Origin: an uncultured Pelagibacteraceae bacterium
Lineage (GTDB): Bacteria; Pseudomonadota; Alphaproteobacteria; Pelagibacterales; Pelagibacteraceae
Reading direction: 5' to 3'
Assembly (NCBI GenBank): GCA_902632315.1
Contig: CACPCD010000003.1
Location: forward strand, 135-64,134
Length of the DNA: 64,000 nt
Shown: in pieces, positions 51,721-61,471 of the stretch
Position numbering within the stretch: the first letter of the stretch is position 1
How the letters are laid out: the number at the start of each line of letters is the position of its first letter
The notes under the pieces: model-generated
What the model was told of the DNA's origin: nothing
Seen by the model: only the letters and a program-made list of their open reading frames with translations
Databases searched by the model: none
Made by a program: the position numbers and the translations under genes

Positions 51721-53544
51721 GTGGAAAGAATTATTACAAAATCATTTGCCAGACTAATGGGGCGTGGAACCCACAGGGGTTTCATTACCTATGAAGAACT
51801 AAATAAATCTTTGGGTAAGAGAAATCTTTCGGATGAGAACTTAGCTCAAGCCTTTATACACATTCTAGATGAAAAAGTTTCATTAGTTGAAAAAAAATCT
51901 GATTTTAAAGTTTTAAGAAAAAAAGAGAGCTCATCGAAAGATGAGGGAAAAACTATTGAAAAAAGTGACGATCCAATAAGAATGTACTTAAGAGAAATGG
52001 GCGGTGTTGAGCTGCTCTCGAGGGAAGGTGAAATTGCTATAGCGAAAAGAATTGAGGCTGGAAAAGATGTAATGCTTATTGCACTGTCCCAAAGTCCTAT
52101 AACTGCTCAACAATTTTTTGATTGGGATAAAAAATTACAAAATGATGAAATTTTAGTAAGAGAAATAATAGATATTGATACAAACTACATGGAAGATGAA
52201 ACCACTGGACCAAGTGCAAAACAAAAAAATGCAGGCGAAACTGATAAAGATGACGGCCAACCAGAAGATGATGAGGAATTTAATCCAACTCTTGCGGCAA
52301 TGGAGACAGAAATTAAACCAAAGGTTTTGAAAACAGTTAATACGCTTACTAAGGAATATAATAAGTTAATTAAGTATCAGAAGGAAAAATTAGATTGTGT
52401 CTTGAATTCACGTACTTTCTCTCCAGCTAAAGAAAAAAGTTATGAAAAAATTGTGAATGAAATTTTAGAAAACATCAAATCTCTTCAGTTATCACCATCT
52501 GTTTTAGAAGACCTTGTTCAAAAACATTATATTGAAAATAAAAAAGTTATCTCGCTAGAGGGAAATTTATTAAGACTTGCAATGAATCAGAAAATACCAA
52601 GAGCTGAATTTATTAAATTTTATATAGGAAATGAAATAAACCCAAATTTAAAAAAATTTTTGGATACAAATTCTCAATGGAAACAATTTTTTAATAAGAA
52701 CAAAGATGAATTTAAAAACATTAGAGAAAGACTTGTAGAAATAAGTAATAAAATTGGAATGTCAGTTACTGATTTTAAAAAATTAGTAAGTAGAGTTCAA
52801 AAAGGTGAAAAAGAGTCAAGAATAGCAAAAAAAGAAATGGTAGAGGCAAACTTGAGATTAGTTATATCTATAGCAAAAAAATATACTAACAGAGGGCTCC
52901 AATTTTTAGATCTGATCCAAGAGGGAAATATAGGATTAATGAAAGCAGTTGATAAATTTGAGTATAGGAGAGGATATAAATTTTCGACATACGCAACTTG
53001 GTGGATAAGACAAGCGATAACAAGATCAATTGCAGATCAAGCAAGAACGATTAGAATTCCTGTACACATGATAGAAACAATAAATAAGATTGTAAGAACC
53101 CAGAGATTAATTCTAAGTGAATTTGGAAGAGAAGCAACACCTGAGGAATTGGCTAAAAAATTAAGAATGCCTTTAGATAAAGTGAGAAAAGTTCTTAAAA
53201 TTTCTAAAGAACCAGTCTCCTTAGAAAAACCAGTTGGAGATGAAGAAGACAGCAGCTTGGGTGATTTTATTGAAGATACTAAAGCTCTGGCACCTTTAGA
53301 ACAAGCAATTAAATCAAATTTAGGTGAGGCTACTACAAAAATTCTATCCACTCTTACCCCTAGAGAGGAAAGAGTTTTAAGAATGAGATTTGGTGTTGGA
53401 ATGAATACCGATCACACTTTAGAAGAAGTAGGCTTGCAATTCTCTGTTACAAGGGAAAGAATAAGACAAATTGAGGCCAAAGCCTTAAGAAAACTTAAAC
53501 ATCCTAGTAGATCAAAACAATTAAAAAGTTTTCTTGAGAGTTAA
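51721..53544 (+). CDS. rpoD: RNA polymerase sigma factor 70
   Basis: [55 protein letters not shown]; GTG start. Confidence 0.99.
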   Translation: MERIITKSFARLMGRGTHRGFITYEELNKSLGKRNLSDENLAQAFIHILDEKVSLVEKKSDFKVLRKKESSSKDEGKTIEKSDDPIRMYLREMGGVELLSREGEIAIAKRIEAGKDVMLIALSQSPITAQQFFDWDKKLQNDEILVREIIDIDTNYMEDETTGPSAKQKNAGETDKDDGQPEDDEEFNPTLAAMETEIKPKVLKTVNTLTKEYNKLIKYQKEKLDCVLNSRTFSPAKEKSYEKIVNEILENIKSLQLSPSVLEDLVQKHYIENKKVISLEGNLLRLAMNQKIPRAEFIKFYIGNEINPNLKKFLDTNSQWKQFFNKNKDEFKNIRERLVEISNKIGMSVTDFKKLVSRVQKGEKESRIAKKEMVEANLRLVISIAKKYTNRGLQFLDLIQEGNIGLMKAVDKFEYRRGYKFSTYATWWIRQAITRSIADQARTIRIPVHMIETINKIVRTQRLILSEFGREATPEELAKKLRMPLDKVRKVLKISKEPVSLEKPVGDEEDSSLGDFIEDTKALAPLEQAIKSNLGEATTKILSTLTPREERVLRMRFGVGMNTDHTLEEVGLQFSVTRERIRQIEAKALRKLKHPSRSKQLKSFLES

Positions 53545-53550
53545 AATTTA

Positions 53551-53625
53551 GGGCCGTTAGCTCAATAGTAGAGTACTGCATTGACATTGCAGGGGTAGTT
53601 GGAGCGTAACCAACACGGCCCACCA
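53551..53625 (+). tRNA. tRNA-Val(GAC) with non-canonical D- and T-loops
   Basis: Full cloverleaf: GGGCCGT/ACGGCCC, GCTC/GAGT, CTGCA-TTGACAT-TGCAG, GTTGG-AGCGTAA-CCAAC, ACCA. Confidence 0.88.
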
Positions 53626-53695
53626 TCAAATATTAAAAATAAAACATTCTATCTTGATTAAGAATTATATTGCTGTAAAACTTTTACTTGCTAAA

Positions 53696-53772
53696 GGGCC
53701 TGTAGCTCAGTTGGTTAGAGCAGTACACTCATAATGTATTGGTCCCAGGTTCGAGTCCTGGCGGGCCCACCA
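53696..53772 (+). tRNA. tRNA with CAT anticodon, most likely tRNA-Ile2 (lysidine)
   Basis: GGGCCTG acceptor paired at 1-72 (so not initiator), loop CTCATAA, canonical GGTTCGAGTCC, ACCA; located after rpoD like ileX. Confidence 0.88.
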
Positions 53773-53780
53773 TTAAAAAA

Positions 53781-54371
53781 TTAATTTTTTGAGAATTCTT
53801 CAAGCACTAAAAAAAGAGAGTTGATATCTTCATTATTGGAATTTAATATTGATGAAAATTCCTCTTTTTGTGTTCTAGCTAAACTTAAACCTTCAATAAT
53901 TAAATCTCTTATCTTGGGATTTTCTGGATTTTTGGTATAAATTCTCCAATCAATTTTGACCTCAGGTCTATCGCCTTTTGCTACTAGCAAGCTGTTTACA
54001 ATTGTATAATTTTCATTGAGTATTTTTTTATCATATACATCTATTTCTGGATTAGTATATTCAGCCAATCTACTAGAAAAACTCTTTAGAAAATAGCTTT
54101 CAAAAAGTTTGTGATAAGTTTTCTTCTGGTCTTCATCTAAATTTTTTCTGATAGGCCCCAAAGTATAAAGCCCAATACCCTTAATATCTACCGTCTCTTC
54201 TGCAATTTTTTTTAATTTTAAAATTTTTTCGTCTTTAGAAATATTTTCCGAAAGTATTTTTGAAGCTCTGTTGACTGTCGATTGTACGAAAATATCTGGT
54301 TTGATTGCGAATGCAATTGAATGATCAAAAATACAAATTAAAAAAAGAATGAGTATCTTTTTAATTTTCAT
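53781..54371 (-). CDS. mlaC: MlaC/Ttg2D phospholipid shuttle
   Basis: Signal peptide, IDWR, IRDLIIEGLSLARTQKEEF. Confidence 0.88.
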   Translation of the reverse strand: MKIKKILILFLICIFDHSIAFAIKPDIFVQSTVNRASKILSENISKDEKILKLKKIAEETVDIKGIGLYTLGPIRKNLDEDQKKTYHKLFESYFLKSFSSRLAEYTNPEIDVYDKKILNENYTIVNSLLVAKGDRPEVKIDWRIYTKNPENPKIRDLIIEGLSLARTQKEEFSSILNSNNEDINSLFLVLEEFSKN

Positions 54372-54393
54372 AAATTTCTAATATTAAATAATT

Positions 54394-55179
54394 TTAATTT
54401 TGAATTTCTTCCCAGTCACTATCGTCTTGGGTATTGATTGTTTTATTTGAATTTAAAATTTTTTGTTGTCTATCTTGAAGATATAAACTTTTCACTGAGG
54501 CATAGAAGTCTAAAGAGTTTTTCTCAAGATTTTCTATTGAGTCAAAATTTTTTGCCCTAAAATCAACTCCAGAGGTTATTCTAGAAGAGTAATAATCAAC
54601 TTCTGAAAAATATTGAGTTTCGTTTTTAACTGTTACATTGTACCAAGCATCACCCCCTAAAAAGTTTACGGCAGAAGCTGCAGTATCTCTTACAGTGCTA
54701 GGTCCCAACACTGGTAAAACAATATAGCACCCTGGACCAATTCCATGTTTTGCTAATGATTGTCCATAATCTTCTTTCTCATATTCTACCATCCCAACAT
54801 GTTGAGCAACATCTACCAATCCTAGTATACCAACTGTAGAATTAATTAAAAATCTGCCAGTATTTATCCCTGCTAAAGAAAAATCACCTTGAAGTAGATT
54901 GTTTGGAATAGTTACCAAGTTTGATAAATTGCTAAGTGAATTACTAGCACCAGTTTTTACTGGCGATGGAAGTTTTTTATAAACTCCTGCTACTGGTTTA
55001 AAGATCAGTCCGTCTAAAGCTTGATTAAATGCAAATGTGCCTCGATTTAAACTTTCAAAACAATCTTTAACTTCAGATGGCTCATTTTTCTTTAAAAGAA
55101 GCTCGCCATCAGATGACGCATTTACATTTAAAGTTAGCGTCAAAGTTGTAATTATAATTATTCCAAATTTTTTAAACAT
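54394..55179 (-). CDS. mlaA: MlaA/VacJ-family outer-membrane lipid asymmetry protein
   Basis: D.FESLNR..FAFN, RFLINST.G..G, EDYGQ, YIVLPVLGPSTVRD, DFY. Confidence 0.92.
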   Translation of the reverse strand: MFKKFGIIIITTLTLTLNVNASSDGELLLKKNEPSEVKDCFESLNRGTFAFNQALDGLIFKPVAGVYKKLPSPVKTGASNSLSNLSNLVTIPNNLLQGDFSLAGINTGRFLINSTVGILGLVDVAQHVGMVEYEKEDYGQSLAKHGIGPGCYIVLPVLGPSTVRDTAASAVNFLGGDAWYNVTVKNETQYFSEVDYYSSRITSGVDFRAKNFDSIENLEKNSLDFYASVKSLYLQDRQQKILNSNKTINTQDDSDWEEIQN

Positions 55180-55230
55180 TAGATTGTTTATATTATATAA
55201 AAAAACAAAGTAAATTAAGTATTTATATAA

Positions 55231-55974
55231 ATGAGCTTAAAAATTGGCATAAATCTGTCCACAAATTACTCAAATAATTTTAGCTATCCAAAAAGACATA
55301 AAAGAAAAATTAAATATATCATCATTCACTATACAGGAATGAAAAAAGAAACTGATGCAATAAAAAGACTTTGTGATGAGAAGTCAAAAGTAAGTTCGCA
55401 TTATTTCATAAAGAATAATGGCGATATATTGAATCTTGTCCCAGATTTATATAAAGCATGGCATGCGGGAAGATCCAATTGGAAAAATTTAAGAAATCTT
55501 AATGAAAATTCTTTAGGAATTGAAATTCAAAATCCTGGGCATGAACACGGTTATAAAAAATTTTCTACTAAACAAATTTTATCAATAAAAAAACTGCTAA
55601 GTTTCCTATTAAAAAAGTATGATATAAAATATCAAAATGTTCTCGGTCATTCAGATATAGCACCATGTCGAAAAAAAGATCCTGGGGAAAATTTTCCTTG
55701 GAAAAAATTTGCAAAAAATAAATTATGTTTTTGGCATAATTTGAGAGAGTCTCAGATAAAAAAATATAGAAAACAATATCTAAATTCTGATGAAGAAAAA
55801 TTTTTCTTAAAAAATTTAAATAAAATTGGATATATTCATATTAAAAACTTGAGTGCTTTAAATGGTAAAAAACTACTAATTAAAGCATTTCAAAGAAGAT
55901 ACAGACAGAACCTGATAAATGGAAAATCTGATAAAGAGTGCTTTCTGATTAGTAAAAACTTGTTGATCAAATAA
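55231..55974 (+). CDS. N-acetylmuramoyl-L-alanine amidase (Amidase_2, AmpD/AmiD-like)
   Basis: IIHYTGM, VSSHY, AWHAG, SLGIE, GHSDIAP.RKKDPG, AFQRRYR. Confidence 0.92.
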   Translation: MSLKIGINLSTNYSNNFSYPKRHKRKIKYIIIHYTGMKKETDAIKRLCDEKSKVSSHYFIKNNGDILNLVPDLYKAWHAGRSNWKNLRNLNENSLGIEIQNPGHEHGYKKFSTKQILSIKKLLSFLLKKYDIKYQNVLGHSDIAPCRKKDPGENFPWKKFAKNKLCFWHNLRESQIKKYRKQYLNSDEEKFFLKNLNKIGYIHIKNLSALNGKKLLIKAFQRRYRQNLINGKSDKECFLISKNLLIK

Positions 55975-56017
55975 ATTTTGTTCTTGAAATTAATTGATAA
56001 AATTATAAATTAACCCC

Positions 56018-56377
56018 TGCCAGATGAACGACTTATCGCTTTATTTATTAAAATTAAAGAGGAAAGTCCGGACTCTACAAGGATACAGTGCCAGATAATT
56101 CCTGGCGGGGGCGACCCTAGGGACAGTGCCACAGAAAATAAACCGCCATAACATGGCAAGGGTGAAAAGGTGTGGTAAGAGCACACCGGTTCTATTGGTA
56201 ACAATGAACGCTGGAAAACCCCACTGAGAGCAAGACTAAGTAGAGATGACATTGTAGAAATACTAAAAGCCGTCCTTGGCTAGTCATCAGGGTTAGTTGC
56301 TTGAGCTTAAGAGTGATCTTGAGCCTAGACAAATGATAAGTTTAAACGACAGAACCCGGCTTACAGTTTATCTGGCA
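56018..56377 (+). ncRNA. rnpB: RNase P RNA (type A)
   Basis: GAGGAAAGTCCGG and ACAGAACCCGGCTTA (P4); P1 TGCCAGATGAAC/GTTTATCTGGCA; GGTAAGAGC; located upstream of mraZ. Confidence 0.97.
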
Positions 56378-56406
56378 TAACTTCTTAAATTTCTCATAAA
56401 ATCATT

Positions 56407-56421
56407 ATTTTGACTCAAAAT
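56407..56421. promoter_or_regulatory. Perfect 15-bp palindrome centred on a GANTC site
   Basis: ATTTTGA-C-TCAAAAT. Confidence 0.5.
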
Positions 56422-56450
56422 TTAGTAAATTAAACCCTGAATTGAATGTA

Positions 56451-56505
56451 TTGACAGAGTTTATAAAAACCCATAATATCCCATAAATTCCCATATTAAG
56501 TGGGA
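56451..56505 (+). promoter_or_regulatory. dcw promoter with MraZ-box repeats
   Basis: TTGACA(56451)-17 nt-TAATAT(56474); CCCATA at 56470, 56480 and 56490, GTGGGA at 56500 (10-bp period). Confidence 0.75.
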
Positions 56506-56522
56506 AACAAATTTTATGGCTT

Positions 56523-56978
56523 ATGTTTTTGTCAACTTTCGAAAACCAATTGGACAAAAAAGGAAGGGTATCTGTGCCAGCAAGTTTTAGATCATATATA
56601 TCTAATCTTGGTTATAATGGCATAGTTTGTTACCCATCATTCAATAATCAATCTATAGAAGCTTGGCCACAAGATAGAATAGAAAAAATTTCTAATGCAA
56701 TAGATACACTAAATCCTTTTGAAGAAAAAAGGGATTTTTTTGCTACATCAATATTATCTGAAAGTATAAATTTACAATTCGATAATGAGGGAAGAATTTT
56801 ACTTACTTCAAAATTATTAAAACATGCAAAAATAAAAAAAAGCATGATGTTTGTTGGTCAAGGCAAAACCTTTCAAATCTGGGAACCAACAATTTTCGAA
56901 AAATTTAAAGTCAACGCGAGAAAAAAAGCAAACTTAAATCGTGCTGGCCTTAAGTGGGAGCATCAACTTAACAAATAG
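56523..56978 (+). CDS. mraZ: Transcriptional regulator MraZ
   Basis: LDKKGRVSVPASFR, FDNEGRI, FQIW. Confidence 0.96.
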   Translation: MFLSTFENQLDKKGRVSVPASFRSYISNLGYNGIVCYPSFNNQSIEAWPQDRIEKISNAIDTLNPFEEKRDFFATSILSESINLQFDNEGRILLTSKLLKHAKIKKSMMFVGQGKTFQIWEPTIFEKFKVNARKKANLNRAGLKWEHQLNK

Positions 56979-56993
56979 AGAAGGGGAAACAAA

Positions 56994-58457
56994 ATGACTA
57001 TTAACTTTAAAACACCAGAGATAAAGGAGCTACAACCAAGACTTTTAGTAATGGGTGTAGGAGGAGCAGGTGGAAACGCAATTAATGAAATGATTGATAA
57101 TGGAATGCAAGGGGTAGAATTTATTGCAGTAAATACAGATGCTCAAGATTTAAAACATAGCAAAGCAAAATCAAAAGTTCAAATTGGTCTTAATCTTACA
57201 AAAGGATTAGGCGCTGGGGCAAAAATTGACATTGGTCAAGCAGCTGCTGATGAATCTTTAAATGAAATTATAAACGTATTACAGGGCGCAAATATGGTTT
57301 TTATTGCTGCTGGAATGGGTGGCGGAACAGGAACAGGAGCCGCTCATGTAATTGCAAGAGCTGCAAAAGAATTAAATATTTTAACAGTTGGAGTTGTCAC
57401 GCTTCCTTTCTTATATGAAGGTCCTTCAAGAATGAGTAGAGCTCAAATAGGGCTAGAGGAACTTAGAAAACACGTTGATACTATAATAGTAATTCCAAAT
57501 CAAAATTTGTTTAAAATTGCAAATGAACAAACAACATTTGAAGAATCATTTAATCTTTCAAATAATGTACTTATGCATGGAGTACAAAGCGTAACAGATT
57601 TAATGGTTAGACCGGGAATTATTAACCTGGATTTTGCTGACGTTGAGACAGTAATGGCTTCAATGGGAAAAGCTATGATGGGAACTGGTGAGGCTGATGG
57701 CGAAGGAAGAGCAATGAAAGCTACAGAGATGGCAATAAGCAATCCACTTATAGATGATTATACTTTGAAAGGTGCAAAAGGGTTATTAGTTAATATAACC
57801 GGAGGTAAGGATCTAAAATTATTTGAGGTAGATGAAGTAGTAAATAAAATTAGATCAGAAGTGGAAGCCGATGCTGAAGTAATAATTGGAGCGATAACAG
57901 ATCCTACTTTAGAGGGAAAAATCAGAGTATCAATAGTTGCAACTTCTTTGGATGGTCAGCAACCTGAAACAAAGTCTGTTATCAATATGGTTCACAGAAT
58001 ACAGAATAGAAATCCAGGATATTCTGATTTTTCTACACATTCAGGATCTGCAACTTTTAATTTTTCTAATGCAAGCAATAATCCAATTTCACATGGCGCA
58101 AATGCATTAAAACTTGAAAATGAAATAGTAACCGAGAAAGTTGGAAAAGAGACTATTGATGAAGTGAATAGCCAGTATCATGAGGAGTTGTTGAGAAATC
58201 AAGAGGCTCAAAATATAGTTGAAAATACTTCTACTGAAAATGAGGTTTCTTTTCTTCAAGAGGCAGTAGAAGAAAATAATACAGAAAATAATTTGTCTAA
58301 CGATTTGAAAGAATTTGGTGTTGAAACTGAAGAGCCAGATTTATTTAATTCTGCAGACGAGAACCTCGACTCAGAGAGATTATTAAACGACTCGGAAGAA
58401 GATAACGAAGAGGATGATTTAGAAATACCTGCATTTTTAAGAAGACAAAAAAATTAA
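56994..58457 (+). CDS. ftsZ: Cell division protein FtsZ
   Basis: GVGGAGGNA, NTDAQ, GGGTGTG, NLDFADV, C-terminal EIPAFLRRQ. Confidence 0.99.
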   Translation: MTINFKTPEIKELQPRLLVMGVGGAGGNAINEMIDNGMQGVEFIAVNTDAQDLKHSKAKSKVQIGLNLTKGLGAGAKIDIGQAAADESLNEIINVLQGANMVFIAAGMGGGTGTGAAHVIARAAKELNILTVGVVTLPFLYEGPSRMSRAQIGLEELRKHVDTIIVIPNQNLFKIANEQTTFEESFNLSNNVLMHGVQSVTDLMVRPGIINLDFADVETVMASMGKAMMGTGEADGEGRAMKATEMAISNPLIDDYTLKGAKGLLVNITGGKDLKLFEVDEVVNKIRSEVEADAEVIIGAITDPTLEGKIRVSIVATSLDGQQPETKSVINMVHRIQNRNPGYSDFSTHSGSATFNFSNASNNPISHGANALKLENEIVTEKVGKETIDEVNSQYHEELLRNQEAQNIVENTSTENEVSFLQEAVEENNTENNLSNDLKEFGVETEEPDLFNSADENLDSERLLNDSEEDNEEDDLEIPAFLRRQKN

Positions 58458-58475
58458 TGGTCTTCAAGAAAATAA

Positions 58476-59486
58476 ATGGAAGCCACCATGGTATCGGATA
58501 CAACAAAACACTATCCGGTACTGCTAAATGAATTAATTAGCATTATTACCCCTCAACATGGTGGCACATTTATAGATTGTACTTTTGGTCAGGGTGGTTA
58601 TACCAAAAAAATACTAAGTTACAGTGATACTAAAATTATAGCTTTAGATAGAGACATAGAAACCAAAAAGACTGCTGATATAATTCAAGAGAAGTTCAAA
58701 GATAGATTTATATATAAGAACAAAAAATTTAGCCAGCTACTTGATCTAAAACTTAAAGATCAAATTATAAAGGCTATTTTTTTTGACCTAGGTTATTCAT
58801 ATACACAAATAAAAGATCCTTTAAAAGGTTTATCTTTTCATTCAAAAGGTAAATTAAACATGAAAATGGGCATTAATAATTTTTCTGCAAAGGAAGCTAT
58901 TAATAATCTAGATGGAAAAAAATTAGAAAAAATTTTTAAATTTTTTGGTGAAGAGAAAGATGCTAAAAAAATTGCAAATAAAATTATAATCGAAAGAAAA
59001 AATAAAGAGATAGATACACAAAGCCTAGTTGAATTAATAGATAAAACAAAAAGAAAAAAAAACTTCAGGACTCATAATGCTACTAAAATTTTTCAATCAT
59101 TAAGAATTTTTGTTAATAAAGAAATAAGTGAATTAATTTATGGACTTATAGCAGCATCAAAAGTCCTAAAAAAAGATGGAGTACTAGCTGTAGTTACTTT
59201 TCATTCATTAGAGGATAAAATTGTTAAATATTTTTTTAAAAGTTTGTCAGAAAATAAAAGTATTTCTCGATATGTGCCAAAAGTTGATCAACCTGAAATT
59301 TTATTTGATATGCTAGAAAAAAAACCTAAAACTCCTTCAAAAAGAGAATTGAGAGAAAATGTCCACTCTAGATCAGCAAAATTAAGATACGCTATTAAGA
59401 AAAAAGATTTTTATAACTTTGAGACAGATATTCTAACTAAGTTTAAACATTTAATAGAAATAGAAAATTTTGGAAATAAACTATGA
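58476..59486 (+). CDS. rsmH: 16S rRNA m4C1402 methyltransferase
   Basis: [43 protein letters not shown]. Confidence 0.96.
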   Translation: MEATMVSDTTKHYPVLLNELISIITPQHGGTFIDCTFGQGGYTKKILSYSDTKIIALDRDIETKKTADIIQEKFKDRFIYKNKKFSQLLDLKLKDQIIKAIFFDLGYSYTQIKDPLKGLSFHSKGKLNMKMGINNFSAKEAINNLDGKKLEKIFKFFGEEKDAKKIANKIIIERKNKEIDTQSLVELIDKTKRKKNFRTHNATKIFQSLRIFVNKEISELIYGLIAASKVLKKDGVLAVVTFHSLEDKIVKYFFKSLSENKSISRYVPKVDQPEILFDMLEKKPKTPSKRELRENVHSRSAKLRYAIKKKDFYNFETDILTKFKHLIEIENFGNKL

Positions 59487-59791
59487 AAAAATTTTTTATA
59501 ATTTCTCTTATATTATTTTTGATTTTAGTTACAGCATTTATCAAAAATTCTACAAAAAGAATAGAAGATGAAATCTTTGCATTCAGTGAAGATATAAGAA
59601 GTTTAAAAAATAGTTTTGAAAATATTAAATTAGAACAAGATTATTTAAGCTCCGCAGAAAAATTATTGGAATTCCAAATTCTTTATTTTGATGACGAATT
59701 AATCAAAAAAGAAATCAAGAATATAAAAATAATTCAAAAGACTAAAAACAAACTCAATATAAAAGAATTAGAATTTATTAATGAACAATAA
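59483..59791 (+). CDS. ftsL: Cell division protein FtsL-like
   Basis: N-terminal TM + coiled coil ending YLSSAEKL; lies between rsmH and ftsI. Confidence 0.75.
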   Translation: MKKFFIISLILFLILVTAFIKNSTKRIEDEIFAFSEDIRSLKNSFENIKLEQDYLSSAEKLLEFQILYFDDELIKKEIKNIKIIQKTKNKLNIKELEFINEQ

Positions 59792-61469
59792 TGACACAAG
59801 AATTATTATAGAAAATCAACAAAATGATTTCTTATATAAAAAAAATAAATCAAATTTAAATATTTCTTTTAATAGAATATCTTTTATCTTTTTTATTTTT
59901 TTTGTTGTTTTTGCAATCTATACAATTCACTTAATTCATCTTGGATCACGAAAAGCAAAAATTGAGAATTATGATAATATAAAAAAAGTATCAAATAAAC
60001 TTTATCGAGCAGATATTGTTGATATAAATAATAAATATCTAGTCAAAACTGTAGACTCAATTGATATAGGAATAAGTCCTTCAAAAATTATTGATGAAAA
60101 AAAATTATTATTAAATTTAAGATTTATATTTCCAGATAAAGATTATGAAGAAGTAAAAAGAAGAATTGATAAGGGAAAGTTTTTCTATTTTGAAAAAAAA
60201 ATCTCAGAGGAAAATTATGAAAAACTTATGGAATTAGGCGATAAATCTATCGAGCCAAGAGATAACTTGATAAGGATATATCCTCAAAAAAAACTCTTTA
60301 GTCATATCCTAGGTCAAATTGATAATGACAATAATGGAATATCAGGTTTAGAAAAAACCTTAGATAAAAAATTAAAAGAAACCTCAGAACCTATTAGATT
60401 AACGGTCGATAAAGACATTCAGTACTTAATAAGAAGTGAGTTAGTTCGCTTTAATAAAATTTTTAATACAAAAGGAAGTGCCGCAATATTAATGAATGTT
60501 AGTAATGGAGAAATTTTGTCTATGGTTTCCTTGCCAGATTTTGATCCCAATAAAAGAGAAAAAATTGATGATAAAAATTTTATTAATAGAGCAACAAAAG
60601 GAGTTTATGAATTTGGCTCAGTTTTTAAAACATTTACATTAGCCTCAGCTTTTGATGAAAGAATTATTGAACCCCAAACTGAATTCAATAATTTACCCAA
60701 ATCTTTAACTTGCGCTGGATTTCCAATAAGAGAATACGATAATAACATACCTTCAAATTTGACAGCTGAACAAATTTTAGTCCGTTCTGGTAATATTGGA
60801 TCTGTAAAGATTGGTCAAAAAGTTGGTGAGGAAAAATTTAAATCATTTTTGTTAAAAATTGGTGTTTTAAACGAGATAAATTTTGACATTGAAGAAGTTG
60901 GAAAACCTTTAAAATTCAAATGGGGCAAATGTCCTCTCGCAACATCCTCTTTTGGTCATGGTATTACAACCACTTTGCTTCAGCTGGCCAAAGCTTACTC
61001 AATAATAGTTAATGGAGGATATAATATAAATCCAACTCTAATAAAGAATGAAATATCAAATAAAAAAGAAAGAATTTTAAACAAGGACGTTTCAAAAATG
61101 ATATTACCTATTTTGAGAAAAATTGTTACGTCAAAAGAAGGCACTGCATCTTTAGCCAATGTAGATGGATATGAAATTGGAGGAAAAACTGGGACTGCTG
61201 AAAAAAGCAAGTCTGGTGGTTACTCTAATAAAAAGATCAATTCATTTATATCAGTATTTCCAACTTCAAAACCAAAATTTGTCTTAGCTGTTATGCTTGA
61301 TGAACCAACAAATAACAAAGAATATATTTACCACTATAGAGATGGCTCAAATATAAAATATGTAGGTACGCCTTTTAACACTGCTGGTTGGACAACTGTT
61401 GAGGTAACTGGACAAATTATAGAAAAAATCGGGCCTATTTTAGCCACAAAGTACAGTGAAATTAATTGA
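59781..61469 (+). CDS. ftsI: Divisome transpeptidase PBP3
   Basis: RADIVD, RIYP, SxxK (SVFK), SxN (SGN), KTG. Confidence 0.93.
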   Translation: MNNNDTRIIIENQQNDFLYKKNKSNLNISFNRISFIFFIFFVVFAIYTIHLIHLGSRKAKIENYDNIKKVSNKLYRADIVDINNKYLVKTVDSIDIGISPSKIIDEKKLLLNLRFIFPDKDYEEVKRRIDKGKFFYFEKKISEENYEKLMELGDKSIEPRDNLIRIYPQKKLFSHILGQIDNDNNGISGLEKTLDKKLKETSEPIRLTVDKDIQYLIRSELVRFNKIFNTKGSAAILMNVSNGEILSMVSLPDFDPNKREKIDDKNFINRATKGVYEFGSVFKTFTLASAFDERIIEPQTEFNNLPKSLTCAGFPIREYDNNIPSNLTAEQILVRSGNIGSVKIGQKVGEEKFKSFLLKIGVLNEINFDIEEVGKPLKFKWGKCPLATSSFGHGITTTLLQLAKAYSIIVNGGYNINPTLIKNEISNKKERILNKDVSKMILPILRKIVTSKEGTASLANVDGYEIGGKTGTAEKSKSGGYSNKKINSFISVFPTSKPKFVLAVMLDEPTNNKEYIYHYRDGSNIKYVGTPFNTAGWTTVEVTGQIIEKIGPILATKYSEIN

Positions 61470-61471
61470 GC

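Noticed and set aside
53545-53790. tRNA genes as island integration sites (also tRNA-Gln at 18644)
   Set aside because: No integrase, no duplicated tRNA 3' end seen, and core genes on both sides
53775-53790. AAAAAATTAATTTTTT palindrome as a bidirectional terminator
   Set aside because: Pure A/T stem, too weak and expected by chance at this composition
56010-56252. 80-aa minus-strand ORF
   Set aside because: Antisense to the GC-richer RNase P RNA; a typical spurious call
56470-56505. 10-bp periodic repeats as a mini-CRISPR or iterons
   Set aside because: Units are too short with no spacers, cas or rep genes; better explained as MraZ boxes
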